Below, piece after piece: positions 21,851 through 32,451 of a stretch of 64,000 nt of DNA. The DNA lies in NCBI GenBank assembly GCA_965197745.1, contig CBDANS010000007.1, positions 1,632,001 to 1,696,000 of the forward strand, written 5' to 3'. Each line of letters opens with the position of its first letter. Positions within the stretch are counted from its first letter, which is position 1. The notes under the pieces were generated by a model. The model saw only the letters and a list, made by a program, of their open reading frames with translations, ran no database searches and was not told the origin of the DNA. Source of the DNA: Opitutales bacterium (GTDB taxonomy: Bacteria > Verrucomicrobiota > Verrucomicrobiia > Opitutales > PNEW01). Both the position numbers and the translations under genes were made by a program.

Positions 21851-22246
21851 TCAGTTCGGCTCTTCGTCTTCTCCGAGAGGCTCTTCGAAGCACCATAAAG
21901 GATTAGTCCCGGGACGTGAATATTTCTCGGTGATAAGCTCCAGTCGCTGTGCTAAATCACGCATAAGGCGCCATGTAAGGTGGGGGCGAGTGCGTATAAT
22001 TTCTTCAATGCCCTGAGAGAGATGCACAACCTTACATTCTGTTTCAGCTTTGACATTGCAGCTTCGAGCTTTTCCCAGGATATCGCTCATTTCCCCAAAA
22101 ATAGTGCCGGGCTTACTTATGCTTGCGACAATTTTATTACCCTTAAGGACATTGAGAGTCCCGGAGCGAAGGATAAAAAACCCTTTTCCGTCTTCACCCT
22201 CTTCAATGATTAAATCTCCTGGATTATAGACAATTATATCACTCAT
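21851..22246 (-). CDS. Cyclic-nucleotide-binding domain protein
   Basis: GDLIIEEGE..FFILRSG..FGEM..RS cNMP-binding pattern. Confidence 0.85.
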   Translation of the reverse strand: MSDIIVYNPGDLIIEEGEDGKGFFILRSGTLNVLKGNKIVASISKPGTIFGEMSDILGKARSCNVKAETECKVVHLSQGIEEIIRTRPHLTWRLMRDLAQRLELITEKYSRPGTNPLWCFEEPLGEDEEPN

Positions 22247-22410
22247 GAGATCGTATTAAATTGCATTTTGCTTTTGCTTTCAAGCATTCTATTTAAAGAC
22301 AGATTTTATGAATTTGATTTTGATAGTAAATATAAATTGAGAGAAAAAAAACTATTAATAACGCTTCGGGACTAGAAGATAAAATTCAGGCATTTCTCGC
22401 TTATCTCGAA

Positions 22411-23274
22411 TTGGAGAAAGGAATGTCTGCCCATACCGCAGAAGGTTATTTCCGCGACCTGCGGCAGTGCATGGATTTTCTTCTAAGCTTAAAAATTGAG
22501 AACTGGCTGGAAGTCCGAGGGGAGCATATTTCATTATGGATCAGTTCGCTTTCGCGAAAAAAGTATGCGGTTGCCAGCATAGCGCGTAAATTAACCTCGG
22601 TTCGCATGATGGCGCGTTATCTGGTAAAAGAAGGTTATCGTCAGGATGATTTTACAGCGCTTATTTCAGGCCCCAAAATTACACGCAGACTCCCGGTGAC
22701 GCTAACTTTGGAAGAAATAAAAAAACTCTTTCAGGCGCCTGACACTAAAACACCTCAAGGGTTGAGAGATTGCGCAATATTGGAATTGCTTTACAGCAGT
22801 GGATTGCGTGTATCCGAGTTATCCGCATTGGCTTTACATGAAATAGATTTAGAAAATGATTTTCTAAGGGTAACCGCGGGAAAAGGTGATAAACAACGTG
22901 TCGTTCCCATTGGAAGCAAAGCAAAAGAAGCTGTCGATCGCTATATCAATTCAGCGCGGTCAAAATTGGTCAAAGCCAAAACCGGCAGCGCTCTTTTTCT
23001 AAGTAATCGCGGTCAACCTATTTCACGCAAAACTGTCTGGTTGCTGCTGAAAAATTACGCGATAAAAGCGGGGATTGAAAAGCCGATGAAACCTCATATT
23101 CTACGCCACTCTTTTGCCACCCATTTACTCAGCGGGGGCGCTGACTTACGAGCGATACAGGAAATGCTCGGGCATGCTGACATCGCCACTACTCAAATAT
23201 ATACGGCGGTGGAAAAAGAGCGCCTTATAGAGGGGCATGGAAATTTTCATCCCCGCGAAGATCAAACACTCTAG
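22411..23274 (+). CDS. xerD: Tyrosine recombinase XerD (true start probably upstream)
   Basis: RDxAILELLYSSGLRVSEL, GKGDKQR, HILRHSFATHLL, MLGHADIATTQIYT. Confidence 0.85.
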   Translation: MEKGMSAHTAEGYFRDLRQCMDFLLSLKIENWLEVRGEHISLWISSLSRKKYAVASIARKLTSVRMMARYLVKEGYRQDDFTALISGPKITRRLPVTLTLEEIKKLFQAPDTKTPQGLRDCAILELLYSSGLRVSELSALALHEIDLENDFLRVTAGKGDKQRVVPIGSKAKEAVDRYINSARSKLVKAKTGSALFLSNRGQPISRKTVWLLLKNYAIKAGIEKPMKPHILRHSFATHLLSGGADLRAIQEMLGHADIATTQIYTAVEKERLIEGHGNFHPREDQTL

Positions 23275-23307
23275 GCGGTATGTTTTCCAGGGCCTGGCCT
23301 GGAATTG

Positions 23308-23973
23308 CTAAAGATTGGCGTCATACTTTCTGCTGAGAAAGCTTATTACAAATACCACGCATACTGAAATACTCATTATTATTACCGATAAAAAGAATAC
23401 CTGTTTAATATCACCTGATTCCACCGCGAAAAATATAGCAATGGGGATGGTCTGCGTTTTGCCGGGAATATTACCCGCAATCATAAGCGTTGCCCCGAAC
23501 TCGCCGAGCGCTCGCATAAAACTCAGTATTATCGCGGCGGTAATACTCGCCCAGCATAATGGCACCATTACTTTCCAAATAATCCGCCATTCACTGTATC
23601 CGAAAATCCGTGCGGCGTCGAGCAGACTGGGTTCGATTTGCAAGAAAGCGGCACGTATCGTTTGATACATTAAAGGAAATGTAACTACGGTGGCGGCAAT
23701 CACCGCAGCAGGCCAGGAAAAGATTATAGATACCCCGATCGAAGAGAGGATCTCGCCAATGGGTGACTGTCTTCCAAAAATAATTAAAAGTAATAGCCCT
23801 ATTACGGTTGGAGGGAGGGCGAGGGGAAACATAAGGACACCATCGAGGATATCCAGACCCCGATGTTTATAACGCAAACGCCATCGAGCCGCAAGCACCC
23901 CTAAGACAAAGGTTATAGCGGTGGCCGTCGTTGCCGTTTTTAAAGATAACCACAAAGGGGTGAGGTCTATCAT
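23308..23973 (-). CDS. modB: Molybdate ABC transporter permease
   Basis: PLALPPTVIG, RALGEFGATLMIAGNIPGKTQT. Confidence 0.93.
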   Translation of the reverse strand: MIDLTPLWLSLKTATTATAITFVLGVLAARWRLRYKHRGLDILDGVLMFPLALPPTVIGLLLLIIFGRQSPIGEILSSIGVSIIFSWPAAVIAATVVTFPLMYQTIRAAFLQIEPSLLDAARIFGYSEWRIIWKVMVPLCWASITAAIILSFMRALGEFGATLMIAGNIPGKTQTIPIAIFFAVESGDIKQVFFLSVIIMSISVCVVFVISFLSRKYDANL

Positions 23974-24005
23974 GGTTGGGATGCTTACCCATTAAATGTT
24001 AGGGG

Positions 24006-24776
24006 TCAATCCTCCACCAGAAGGAAATCATAATGATGAAAGATCTCTTTCGCTTTATCACTTTCAAGGAAAAGCAAAAAAGCATTGGCTAACTCCGGGT
24101 GGGTGGTATTTCGGATGATCGCACCGGAGTATTTTATAGGGCGATGTGCAGATGCAGGAACTAAGGCTGCGATTCTTATATTCTTTGCCTGCTCTGCATC
24201 CGTTTTATAAACAATTCCTGCTTCGACATTTTCACTTTCCACATAGGCGACTGTCTGCAAAGCATTTTTGGCAAAGACCAGTTTGGGGTGGAGTTTTTCA
24301 AGCAACCCCATGGAGTGGAGAATATCCTCCGCATAGCGGCCTATGGGAACGGTTTTAAATTCTCCAACGGCAATCCGTTTAACACCTGGTTTCAGCAAAT
24401 CAGTGATGTCATTTAAGCTTTCATTCCTTTTATGTGTAATAAGAACAACTTTATTTGAAAGAATGTATCTATGAGAATTTCTATCGATAATATTCTCATT
24501 CAGCAATAGATCCATATGCTCACTGGCAGCTGAGAGAAAAATATCGACAGGAGCCCCATTTTGAATCTGATGACAGAGCGAACCTGAGCTTCCAAAGTTG
24601 AAGAATAAGTCGATGGCAGGATGGGTATTTTTAAAATGAGAGGAAATTTCAAGGAGGGGAGGGCGAAGGCTAATCGCGGTTGAGACCGTAATCGCTTCTC
24701 TTTTAGCGCATGCAGTGAAACCTGCGACAACGACAAGCAAGGCCAGACAAACAATAAATCCTGAATCAGATTTCAA
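24006..24776 (-). CDS. modA: Molybdate ABC transporter substrate-binding lipoprotein
   Basis: Lipobox-like FTAC, FGSSGSL..QIQNGAPVDIFLSA, GIVYKTDA. Confidence 0.92.
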   Translation of the reverse strand: MKSDSGFIVCLALLVVVAGFTACAKREAITVSTAISLRPPLLEISSHFKNTHPAIDLFFNFGSSGSLCHQIQNGAPVDIFLSAASEHMDLLLNENIIDRNSHRYILSNKVVLITHKRNESLNDITDLLKPGVKRIAVGEFKTVPIGRYAEDILHSMGLLEKLHPKLVFAKNALQTVAYVESENVEAGIVYKTDAEQAKNIRIAALVPASAHRPIKYSGAIIRNTTHPELANAFLLFLESDKAKEIFHHYDFLLVED

Positions 24777-25017
24777 TTTCTAATATTGTGGGAAGAAAGA
24801 GATATTAATAAGGGGTGATCGTATGCCTCTATAGTTAATAAGGATAATGCATTAAAGACCAACTTAAATGAGCCAAGTCTAAAATCAAATAAATGAAGCC
24901 GGAACAATTTTATTACTTGAAGGTGTGTTAGTTTAATATAAAGCCTTTTAAATCCAGAAGAAGTTTATAATCATTAAACGCTTAAGTTAAACTCAACCGT
25001 TGATCTGACAATTAGCA

Positions 25018-25797
25018 ATGGAAATCATTTTTATGGGAACGGGTACTTCCCAGGGAGTCCCCATGATCGCTCATGACCATGACGGAATTGATCTCGATAA
25101 TCCAAAAAACTGGAGGTCGAGAAGCAGTATTCACGTTATTATGGATGGGTGTCATATTCAAATAGACGCTGCCCAGGAATTCAGAATGCAATGTATTAAA
25201 AACAATATACGGGAGATTAACCTGTTCATCCTCACTCATAGCCATGCTGATCATATATTAGGGATGGATGATCTGCGACGCTTTTGCGATTTACTCGGTG
25301 GCAATTCAATTCCGGTATACAGTACCTCAATGGGTCTCGAGCGAGTGCGGGAAATCTATCCTTATGCGATTCGGAGTAAACCTGAGTTTCGTGGTTATCC
25401 GGCCTTTAATTTAATGGAAATGCCATCTGTGTTGGAACTGGACGCGGGGCGAGTATATTCCACATCTCTACCTCACGGTCGGATGGAAGTTCTGGGACTG
25501 TTGTTTGAAGAACGCAGCAGTGGTAAAAAAGTCGCTTACTATACAGATTGCAAAGAAGTTGGCGTGGAGCAGCGCAATCTAGCTCGTGGAGCCGATGTTG
25601 TTATTCTGGATGCACTCCGACCCGATCCTCATCCCACCCATATGTCAATTGATGAAGCCCTGGAAACAGCTCAAGATATTGGCGCTCCACATACTTATTT
25701 TACACACATGACATTTATGGTGGACCACGAGACCTACAACAGCAAATTCCCCGACAAGATTTCTCTTGCCTACGACGGATTGAGGATAGCTTTATAA
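25018..25797 (+). CDS. MBL-fold metallo-hydrolase (PhnP/YycJ-like)
   Basis: GTGTSQGVP, THSHADHILGMDDLR. Confidence 0.9.
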   Translation: MEIIFMGTGTSQGVPMIAHDHDGIDLDNPKNWRSRSSIHVIMDGCHIQIDAAQEFRMQCIKNNIREINLFILTHSHADHILGMDDLRRFCDLLGGNSIPVYSTSMGLERVREIYPYAIRSKPEFRGYPAFNLMEMPSVLELDAGRVYSTSLPHGRMEVLGLLFEERSSGKKVAYYTDCKEVGVEQRNLARGADVVILDALRPDPHPTHMSIDEALETAQDIGAPHTYFTHMTFMVDHETYNSKFPDKISLAYDGLRIAL

Positions 25798-25850
25798 ATC
25801 CAGTATTTTAGAAAATGTAGCGACAGTCGGAAAGGAGTGATTCCCGCAAT

Positions 25851-26849
25851 TTACGCTTCTTTTCGATCGCTCTTTTTTGCGGGAATTAATTCCTCGAATT
25901 CTCCCATTGCGCGATACTTTTGATAGCGGGATTCAAGCAAATCTTTAACAGATTTGGTTTTAAGTTCTTTAAGATGACGAAGCATCGCATTTTTCACATA
26001 TTCAGCCGCTAATTCGTGATCGCAATGGGCTCCCCCATAGGGTTCTTCAATAATTTCGTCAGCAATACCGAGTTTTATCAGTTCCTTTGAGTTTAATTTA
26101 AGCGCTTCAGCGGCTTTAACCGTATGTTCTCGGTTGCGCCAGAGTATGGCCGCACAAGCCTCTGGAGGGCTTACTGAGTAATAGGCATATTGCATGATCA
26201 GAATACGGTCCGATACTCCGATTCCCAACGCTCCTCCGGAGCTGCCTTCACCGAGAACAATGGAAATAAAAGGGACCGGCAATCGGCTCATTTCCCGTAA
26301 ATTAACGGCGATAGCCTCCGCGACATGGCGCTCTTCAGACCCCACGCCGGCATAGGCTGCCTTGGTATCAATGAAAGCGAAAATCGGCATTTTAAATTTT
26401 ACGGCCATCTTCATTAAGCGTAATGCTTTGCGGTAACCTTCCGGTAGAGGCATTCCAAAATTACGCGCAATATTCTCTTTGGTATCACGCCCTTTTTGCT
26501 GGGCGATAATCATTACCGGTTTACCTTCAAAAAAAGCAGTGCCACCAATTAATGCTTTATCATCACCAAAACGTCTATCGCCATGTAATTCCTGGAAATC
26601 AGTAAATATGGTGTTTATATAATTAAGAGCATAAGGGCGTTTGGGGTGTCGCGCAAGTTGGATGATTTGCCAGGAGGTCAAGTTTGAATAAATCTCAAGC
26701 TTTGTGGCTTCGATCTTTTTTTCTATGGCTTCAGTTTCACCCGATAAATCAAGGTTGCTGGCCATTGAATTTCTTCTGAGTTCATCGAGTTGTTTCTCCA
26801 AGTCACGGAGTGGCTTTTCGAATTCTAGCATAAATTGGGAGTTTTCCAT
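25851..26849 (-). CDS. accA: Acetyl-CoA carboxylase carboxyltransferase alpha
   Basis: LEFEKP, ARHPKRP, ELHGDR, NFGMPLPEGYRKALR. Confidence 0.96.
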   Translation of the reverse strand: MENSQFMLEFEKPLRDLEKQLDELRRNSMASNLDLSGETEAIEKKIEATKLEIYSNLTSWQIIQLARHPKRPYALNYINTIFTDFQELHGDRRFGDDKALIGGTAFFEGKPVMIIAQQKGRDTKENIARNFGMPLPEGYRKALRLMKMAVKFKMPIFAFIDTKAAYAGVGSEERHVAEAIAVNLREMSRLPVPFISIVLGEGSSGGALGIGVSDRILIMQYAYYSVSPPEACAAILWRNREHTVKAAEALKLNSKELIKLGIADEIIEEPYGGAHCDHELAAEYVKNAMLRHLKELKTKSVKDLLESRYQKYRAMGEFEELIPAKKSDRKEA

Positions 26850-26940
26850 AAAAGGGGATGATTGATACTTTAATTTGAAATAAATACCCGTAATTGCACG
26901 GGAAAATTAAAGGATAAAAAATATAACTTTAATATTTAAA

Positions 26941-27288
26941 TTAATCTTTACGAGAAGATTTTAATTCGTCTTTCCAACTCAGCTGACGCGCCTGTGCCCC
27001 GAATTTCTCCGCCGTGGATTTATCACCACGCTCCATCCATATCCTTGAGAGACTGGTATTAATGTGAATATCGTCGGGACATAGAGCGTAAGCTTTTTCG
27101 GCGGCATCCAGCGCCTGATCAAGATTTTTTTCCGAAAAATAAACTTCAGTTAAAGCGTGCCAGGCGGCAAAACAATCAGGCTCAGCTTGGATCGCTTCTT
27201 CAAGTTTTTTAATCGCTTTCTCATTTTCGCCCAAGGTGTAATCGAGGGTAGCGTCTTCTACGAGTATTTGCACATCATCGTGACTCAT
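26941..27288 (-). CDS. Tetratricopeptide-repeat protein
   Basis: Two TPR-like helical repeats (AI..LE.AI..EP..AW..L). Confidence 0.75.
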   Translation of the reverse strand: MSHDDVQILVEDATLDYTLGENEKAIKKLEEAIQAEPDCFAAWHALTEVYFSEKNLDQALDAAEKAYALCPDDIHINTSLSRIWMERGDKSTAEKFGAQARQLSWKDELKSSRKD

Positions 27289-27559
27289 ACTGGATATTAT
27301 ATTTTATAATGAGTTATTCGATAAGAGTTGACGAAAAAAATAATAAGATTGAACTTCGAATTTTAAAGGTGAATTTATTTAGACTTAAGACGAATCTTTC
27401 TTCAATAGTTATCCTCAAGATCAGGTTAATAGCAACTAATACTGAGTATTTATTATGATACTTTTTATGAGCGTTATATCAATTATTTTATACATCTAAA
27501 ATAGCTGAACACACATAAATGGAGGCAAATCATAACTTAAAATATTTAATATTCAATAT

Positions 27560-28072
27560 ATGGGAAAAAATAATACAAAGAAACAGTATATAATTCGCAA
27601 ATCTTCTATTCACAATAAAGGGGCGTTTGCCATCGAAGAGATTGAAAAAGGGACGCGAATTATTGAATACGTAGGAGATAAGGTCACGAAGGCCGAATCT
27701 GAAAAGCGTAGCATTAAAATGATCAATAAAGCAGAACGAACGGGTGGAGGCGCGGTCTATATTTTTGAATTAACAAAACGCCACGATATAGATGGGAGTA
27801 TCCCCCGGAATATCGCTCGTTTTGTTAACCATTCCTGCAAACCCAATTGCGAGACAGATATTATTCGGGGTCATATTTGGATTATAGCAAAGAGAAATAT
27901 TAAGAAGGGAGAAGAGCTTTCCTATGACTACGGCTATGACATAGACAATTTTCGTGATCATCCATGCCATTGTGGCAACGACAACTGTGTCGGGTACATA
28001 GTGGACAGAGAGCAGTGGCCAAAATTAAAACGTATTCTTAAGAAAGAATCGAAGAGTAAAAATAAAAAGTAA
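27560..28072 (+). CDS. SET-domain protein with post-SET Cys cluster
   Basis: ARFVNHSCKPNC, GEELSYDY, CHCG..NC. Confidence 0.92.
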   Translation: MGKNNTKKQYIIRKSSIHNKGAFAIEEIEKGTRIIEYVGDKVTKAESEKRSIKMINKAERTGGGAVYIFELTKRHDIDGSIPRNIARFVNHSCKPNCETDIIRGHIWIIAKRNIKKGEELSYDYGYDIDNFRDHPCHCGNDNCVGYIVDREQWPKLKRILKKESKSKNKK

Positions 28073-28153
28073 AGAGGTGAACCGAGCTTGGAACATCCGG
28101 TTTTTTGATGAACGATTTCTGGGAAAGTGCAATCCCGAGGCCTTGATGCATAG

Positions 28154-28909
28154 ATGAAAATTATTTCATGGAACGTAAACGGGATTCGTGCCGCTCTGAA
28201 AAAAGGGTTGCTCGATTTTTTTAAAAAATCGAATCCTGATATAATCTGTCTCCAGGAAATAAAAGCAGCGCCAGACCAGGTAGATATAAAATTAAAATCC
28301 GAATTTAAGCAATATTGGAACCCGGCAGAGAAAAAAGGTTACTCGGGAACAGCCGTTTTCAGTAAAATTATCCCCGAGGAGATTAGATACGGGATTGGTG
28401 TTAAAGAGGGTGATAGTGAGGGGCGAGTCACAACTTTAAGCTTTCAGGATTATTTTCTGGTGAACGTCTATACCCCTAATGCCAAGAATGATCTATCCCG
28501 ATTGAAGTTCCGGGAAAAAACCTGGGACCCTTCATTTTTAAAATATCTCAAAAAGCTTGAGAAGAAAAAACCTGTGGTATTTTGCGGGGATTTGAATGTT
28601 GCCCACCAGGAAATCGATCTCGCTAACCCAAAAAGCAACCGGCATAACGCTGGATTTACCGCGGAAGAACGGAAAGGGTTTGAGAATATAATCAAGGCAG
28701 GATTTATAGATACTTTTCGTGAATTTGAGACTGGTCCAAACCATTACACCTGGTGGTCATATCGGACTAATGCGCGCGATCGCAATATCGGATGGCGGAT
28801 TGATTATTTTGGTATATCTCCCCATTTAAAACCTCGATTGAAAAAAGCTTATATTATGCCAGAGGTCCTGGGATCAGATCATTGCCCTGTTGGAATAATT
28901 CTGAAATAA
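28154..28909 (+). CDS. xth: Exodeoxyribonuclease III
   Basis: SWNVNGIRA, LQEIK, GDLNVAH, GWRIDYF, GSDHCP. Confidence 0.95.
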   Translation: MKIISWNVNGIRAALKKGLLDFFKKSNPDIICLQEIKAAPDQVDIKLKSEFKQYWNPAEKKGYSGTAVFSKIIPEEIRYGIGVKEGDSEGRVTTLSFQDYFLVNVYTPNAKNDLSRLKFREKTWDPSFLKYLKKLEKKKPVVFCGDLNVAHQEIDLANPKSNRHNAGFTAEERKGFENIIKAGFIDTFREFETGPNHYTWWSYRTNARDRNIGWRIDYFGISPHLKPRLKKAYIMPEVLGSDHCPVGIILK

Positions 28910-29081
28910 GGGCTATGGTGTGCAAAGGCTGAAATATAGGGGTATTCTCTATAATGCTGAGGGTAACTTTTAAGGTATAGAAAACCTTATAAGTGAAGAT
29001 GGAAATATGCTTCAACATTTATTAATCTTTATTTAATCATATATAATTGACCGCTCCCCCAATACTCCCCACTTTTCGGGT

Positions 29082-30230
29082 ATGAAAGCGTCTTTTACCC
29101 TGACTAAAAAGTTAAACCGAAGTGGCACTTATTCTTATCGTGTTCGCGGGCTTTTAAAGCGTAAGAGAATCGAAAAGAGTTTTAAGCATAAAGACCAGGC
29201 AAAACGCTGGATGGAAGCCAAAGAGTTGGAAGCCAAGTCCGATTCTTTAAAAACACAGATTACCCCGTTGACTGAAAATGAGCTGCGTGAAGCCGAGGTC
29301 GCTTACCATATGCTCAAAGGTAAATCGTTATTCAGCGCTGTGGATTATTATCTTAAAACCCATAGTGATACTTTAAACGTAAAAAACTTATACGATGCGT
29401 ATATAGAATTTTTAGGATCAAAAGAACAGGCCAATGCCCGTCCCCTGACGATTATAGATTTACGGGTGAAGGTGGGGGCTTTTGTCAATGGTTATCGAGA
29501 GAGGCAAGTCAACGAGGTAACCGACCATGAACTACGAAGCTTTTTACACAAACCGGGCTTATCGGGAGTAAGTATTAATAATTACCGTCGAGCCCTCATG
29601 GGTTTTTTCAATTGGTGTAAAAAACAGGAGTATCGATTGGATAACCCGGTAGAGAAAATAGAGATCATTAAAGTTGATCGGAAGCTACCTGAAATCTTTT
29701 CGTTAAAAGAGGTAACGCAATTGATTAATGAAGCTTTAAAGATAGAGGACGGGGCCCTGATACCTTATATTAGTATCGGGTTGTTTGCGGGGCTTCGTCC
29801 CTTTGAAATGCAACGGATCAGCTGGGCAGAGATCGATCTTGATGAAAGGTTAATCACCCTCCAGGGCAAGCACACCAAAAACAGGAATCATACAAGACAT
29901 GTCGACATCTCAGAGAACCTGTTCGAGTGGTTATTACCGGCAAGAGCGAGGATTTCAGCCATTTATCCCTCCCATTGGCACAAGCTTTTTAAGGAACTTA
30001 AAGATAAATGCAAAATAAAGAAGTGGCCCGTTGACATCATGCGCCACACCTATGGATCCATCCATTACCGTCATTATAATGATATCGGACTGACTGCCGC
30101 GCAGATGGGCAATTCACCGGACATTATTTTCAAACACTACAGGAATCTTGTTAAACCCAAGGAGGCTGCACTCTACTGGGAAGTACGCCCGAACCCTAAG
30201 GAGGCAACCCGCTTTAAGCAGGTATCTTAA
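29082..30230 (+). CDS. Phage-type tyrosine integrase
   Basis: FAGLRPFE (R), KHTK, MRHTYGS, QMGNSPDIIFKHY. Confidence 0.92.
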   Translation: MKASFTLTKKLNRSGTYSYRVRGLLKRKRIEKSFKHKDQAKRWMEAKELEAKSDSLKTQITPLTENELREAEVAYHMLKGKSLFSAVDYYLKTHSDTLNVKNLYDAYIEFLGSKEQANARPLTIIDLRVKVGAFVNGYRERQVNEVTDHELRSFLHKPGLSGVSINNYRRALMGFFNWCKKQEYRLDNPVEKIEIIKVDRKLPEIFSLKEVTQLINEALKIEDGALIPYISIGLFAGLRPFEMQRISWAEIDLDERLITLQGKHTKNRNHTRHVDISENLFEWLLPARARISAIYPSHWHKLFKELKDKCKIKKWPVDIMRHTYGSIHYRHYNDIGLTAAQMGNSPDIIFKHYRNLVKPKEAALYWEVRPNPKEATRFKQVS

Positions 30231-30480
30231 TCAGACTAACCGGTAAGCATTCCGACAAACTGAACTACTTTTTTGGGGATGTTTAATTGTACAGTGCCCC
30301 ATAGTTTGTCACCACGTCCAGGTTGAAGATAATAAGCTCATCTAAAGTTCTGGCACTTAGTTTTATCGTTCAGTGTAGATTAATGATTATCGTGGGCTTC
30401 ATCCTAATCTACATTTCAGGTCGATTATGTTTATACACCTCATTTCCCGTGGCTGGGGAATGGGATTTTATATTAGTTAA

Positions 30481-30570
30481 TTAGGTCTAATTAGGTCTAT
30501 TTAGGTCTAGTTAGGTCTAGTTAGGTCTAATTAGATCTAGTTAGGTCTAGTTAGGTCTAGTTAGACCCAG
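30481..30570. repeat. 10-bp tandem repeat TTAGGTCTAG x9
   Basis: ttaggtctaa ttaggtctat ttaggtctag ... ttagacccag read directly. Confidence 0.95.
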
Positions 30571-30691
30571 TCTGACATACACAGGCTTTACAGGTAGACA
30601 CGGTGTAATATTTGTACGGGTAAACATGGGGTTTTTCTTTGCTTTTCGCTGCCCTTAAGCGGAGCGAAGGATTCCTCAAGTCAAGATATTA

Positions 30692-30904
30692 ATGCCCGAA
30701 AATAAATACGTAGACATTCGTGGCCTAAGTGAGGCGTTATGGGAGCCAAAAGCAAGACCTCATCCGGTGACGATTAGGAATTGGTGCCGTCAGCGGAAAA
30801 TTCCTTACTTCAAAGTAGGTTCGGGTAAAGGGGGGCGAGTCTATTTCGATGTTGATTTAGTGAGAGAACATTTAAAGCAACATCACTTAATTTCACCCTA
30901 CTGA
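30692..30904 (+). CDS. Excisionase-like helix-turn-helix protein
   Basis: 70 aa; TIRNWCRQRKIPYFKVG...RVYFD (HTH_17/MerR-like). Confidence 0.8.
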   Translation: MPENKYVDIRGLSEALWEPKARPHPVTIRNWCRQRKIPYFKVGSGKGGRVYFDVDLVREHLKQHHLISPY

Positions 30905-31008
30905 CTAAAAAATAAGGATGAACAGATTTATAAAATTTAGCATGTTCCAGTCGAATTCAAACTTGAAGATTCTGGATAAACGCTAAATCCAATCAACAGG
31001 AGTAGCTT

Positions 31009-31749
31009 ATGACAAAACCAAATATCGCCGGTGACCGTTGGGTAGCCATTTATCAATCGTTTTGTTCATCCAGTATTTGGACCGACACAACACCTATTGG
31101 AAAGAACCTTGCTCTTTGGTTAATTATTCACGCCAACCACACGACAAAGAATTGGTGTGGCATAAAAATAAATAGAGGCCAGCAATTCAGATCGATTTGC
31201 AACCTTGCAGAGGATCTTTATTGCAGCAGAAAATCATTGGGTCAAAATTTGCGTGAACTCGAAAAACTTGGATTCATTTCATTATCTGAACCGCTTGGAA
31301 AGAACCGGGGGTTTCTAATCACGATAAAAAATTACTGTACATATCAATTCGATAGCGAAACTGACCACGAAAGTGATGATGATGATGATGAATTAATAAA
31401 AGGTCCAGCTCCAGGTATATTTACGAATGGTGCTATAAATGTTAGCCCAAGAATTCTTCATCACTGGAAAAGAACTTTATTAGAAAATTACTTAAAAGCA
31501 CTTTCACACGAAAACAGTGGTCGAAATTCTAACAGAGCTCTTACGGGTCTTACAGCTTTATGGCTTCATTGTGGGATGCAACAAAAAGTTGAATTTGAGG
31601 ATATGACACCAGAGAAATTTAAGGCGATTGTCGAATCAGATCTTGATCCTAACGATGTGTGGAACGCTTATATCAAAGCCGAATTCATAAAAGAAACCGA
31701 TAATGGAATTATCGTCTTAACGGAAGGATTTTTGGAATCCTTAGATTAG
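31009..31749 (+). CDS. Phage replication-initiator-like winged-HTH protein
   Basis: LWLIIHANH...INRGQ..RS...LAEDL...L..L...GFI...ITIKNY..YQ N-terminus typical of phage replisome organisers. Confidence 0.6.
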   Translation: MTKPNIAGDRWVAIYQSFCSSSIWTDTTPIGKNLALWLIIHANHTTKNWCGIKINRGQQFRSICNLAEDLYCSRKSLGQNLRELEKLGFISLSEPLGKNRGFLITIKNYCTYQFDSETDHESDDDDDELIKGPAPGIFTNGAINVSPRILHHWKRTLLENYLKALSHENSGRNSNRALTGLTALWLHCGMQQKVEFEDMTPEKFKAIVESDLDPNDVWNAYIKAEFIKETDNGIIVLTEGFLESLD

Positions 31750-32087
31750 ATCACTACTTAAAACGGAAAAAGTGGATGGGTAAAAATTACCCATTAAAGG
31801 TATCAATAGATGACTCATCAATGTTCGCTTTGTTGTATTCAACCAAGGCGCATAAACAAGAAGGAAAAGAATTGTAAGAAGGAAAAGAAAGAAAAGAATT
31901 GTACCCCCATAATCCCCCTAAAAAAGGGGGATATATATTTTAAAATTTATTTTTATAAGTGGGAGTGGCTTTACAATAGCTATTACACTCCAGAAATCTC
32001 TATCGTTAAGTATGAATTAAAGTTATCTGTTTTCTGAAATGCTATTCCCTATTAAAAAGCTAAGTAGTAAGTTTTTTTCTTTGAGAT

Positions 32088-32253
32088 GATTTTATGAAGC
32101 TTCGAAGCTTAATTTGATTTGCCCGTGAAGGTATCTGAGAGCCTCGAGAAAGGGCGTTTGCATCTTAAGGCAGGTAAGTTTCATAACGATGGGTGATCGT
32201 ACATTTTAGAGCCAATAAAATGCGTTTCGTTTTAAATCATTGTTGCTGCCAAT
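32088..32253 (+). repeat. ~165-bp imperfect direct repeat, copy 1
   Basis: Shares ttgcccgtgaagg..tctgag.gcctcgagaa.ggg.gtttgcatcttaaggcagg and gtgatcgtacattttagagccaa with 33528-33695. Confidence 0.85.
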
Positions 32254-32451
32254 TCTTACGATCACCAAGCCCATGTATTTATCGTACGCTTTCCCGATCA
32301 CTGTCTATCTCAGGAGTTGTAGATTGCTTTACCCAAGCTTCCGGGGTACGTCTAAGTTTGAAACTTTTTTGGCCCCATTGACAGATTTTATCAAATCATA
32401 CAATATGATTTCCCGTTGTTTCCAAAAGCGAACTACCCCGAATATTTTTAA

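Noticed and set aside
24815..24850. ModE box or Moco riboswitch upstream of modA
   Set aside because: Only a weak ATCG...GGAT resemblance; too degenerate to support.
27560..28072. SET protein as a novel host-targeting effector
   Set aside because: SET proteins are widespread in bacteria including PVC lineages; it sits among core genes with no secretion signal.
28910..29080. tRNA/tmRNA integration target
   Set aside because: No T-loop GTTCRA, cloverleaf or CCA end recognisable.
30481..30570. CRISPR array
   Set aside because: 10-bp units with no spacers; no cas genes in the window.
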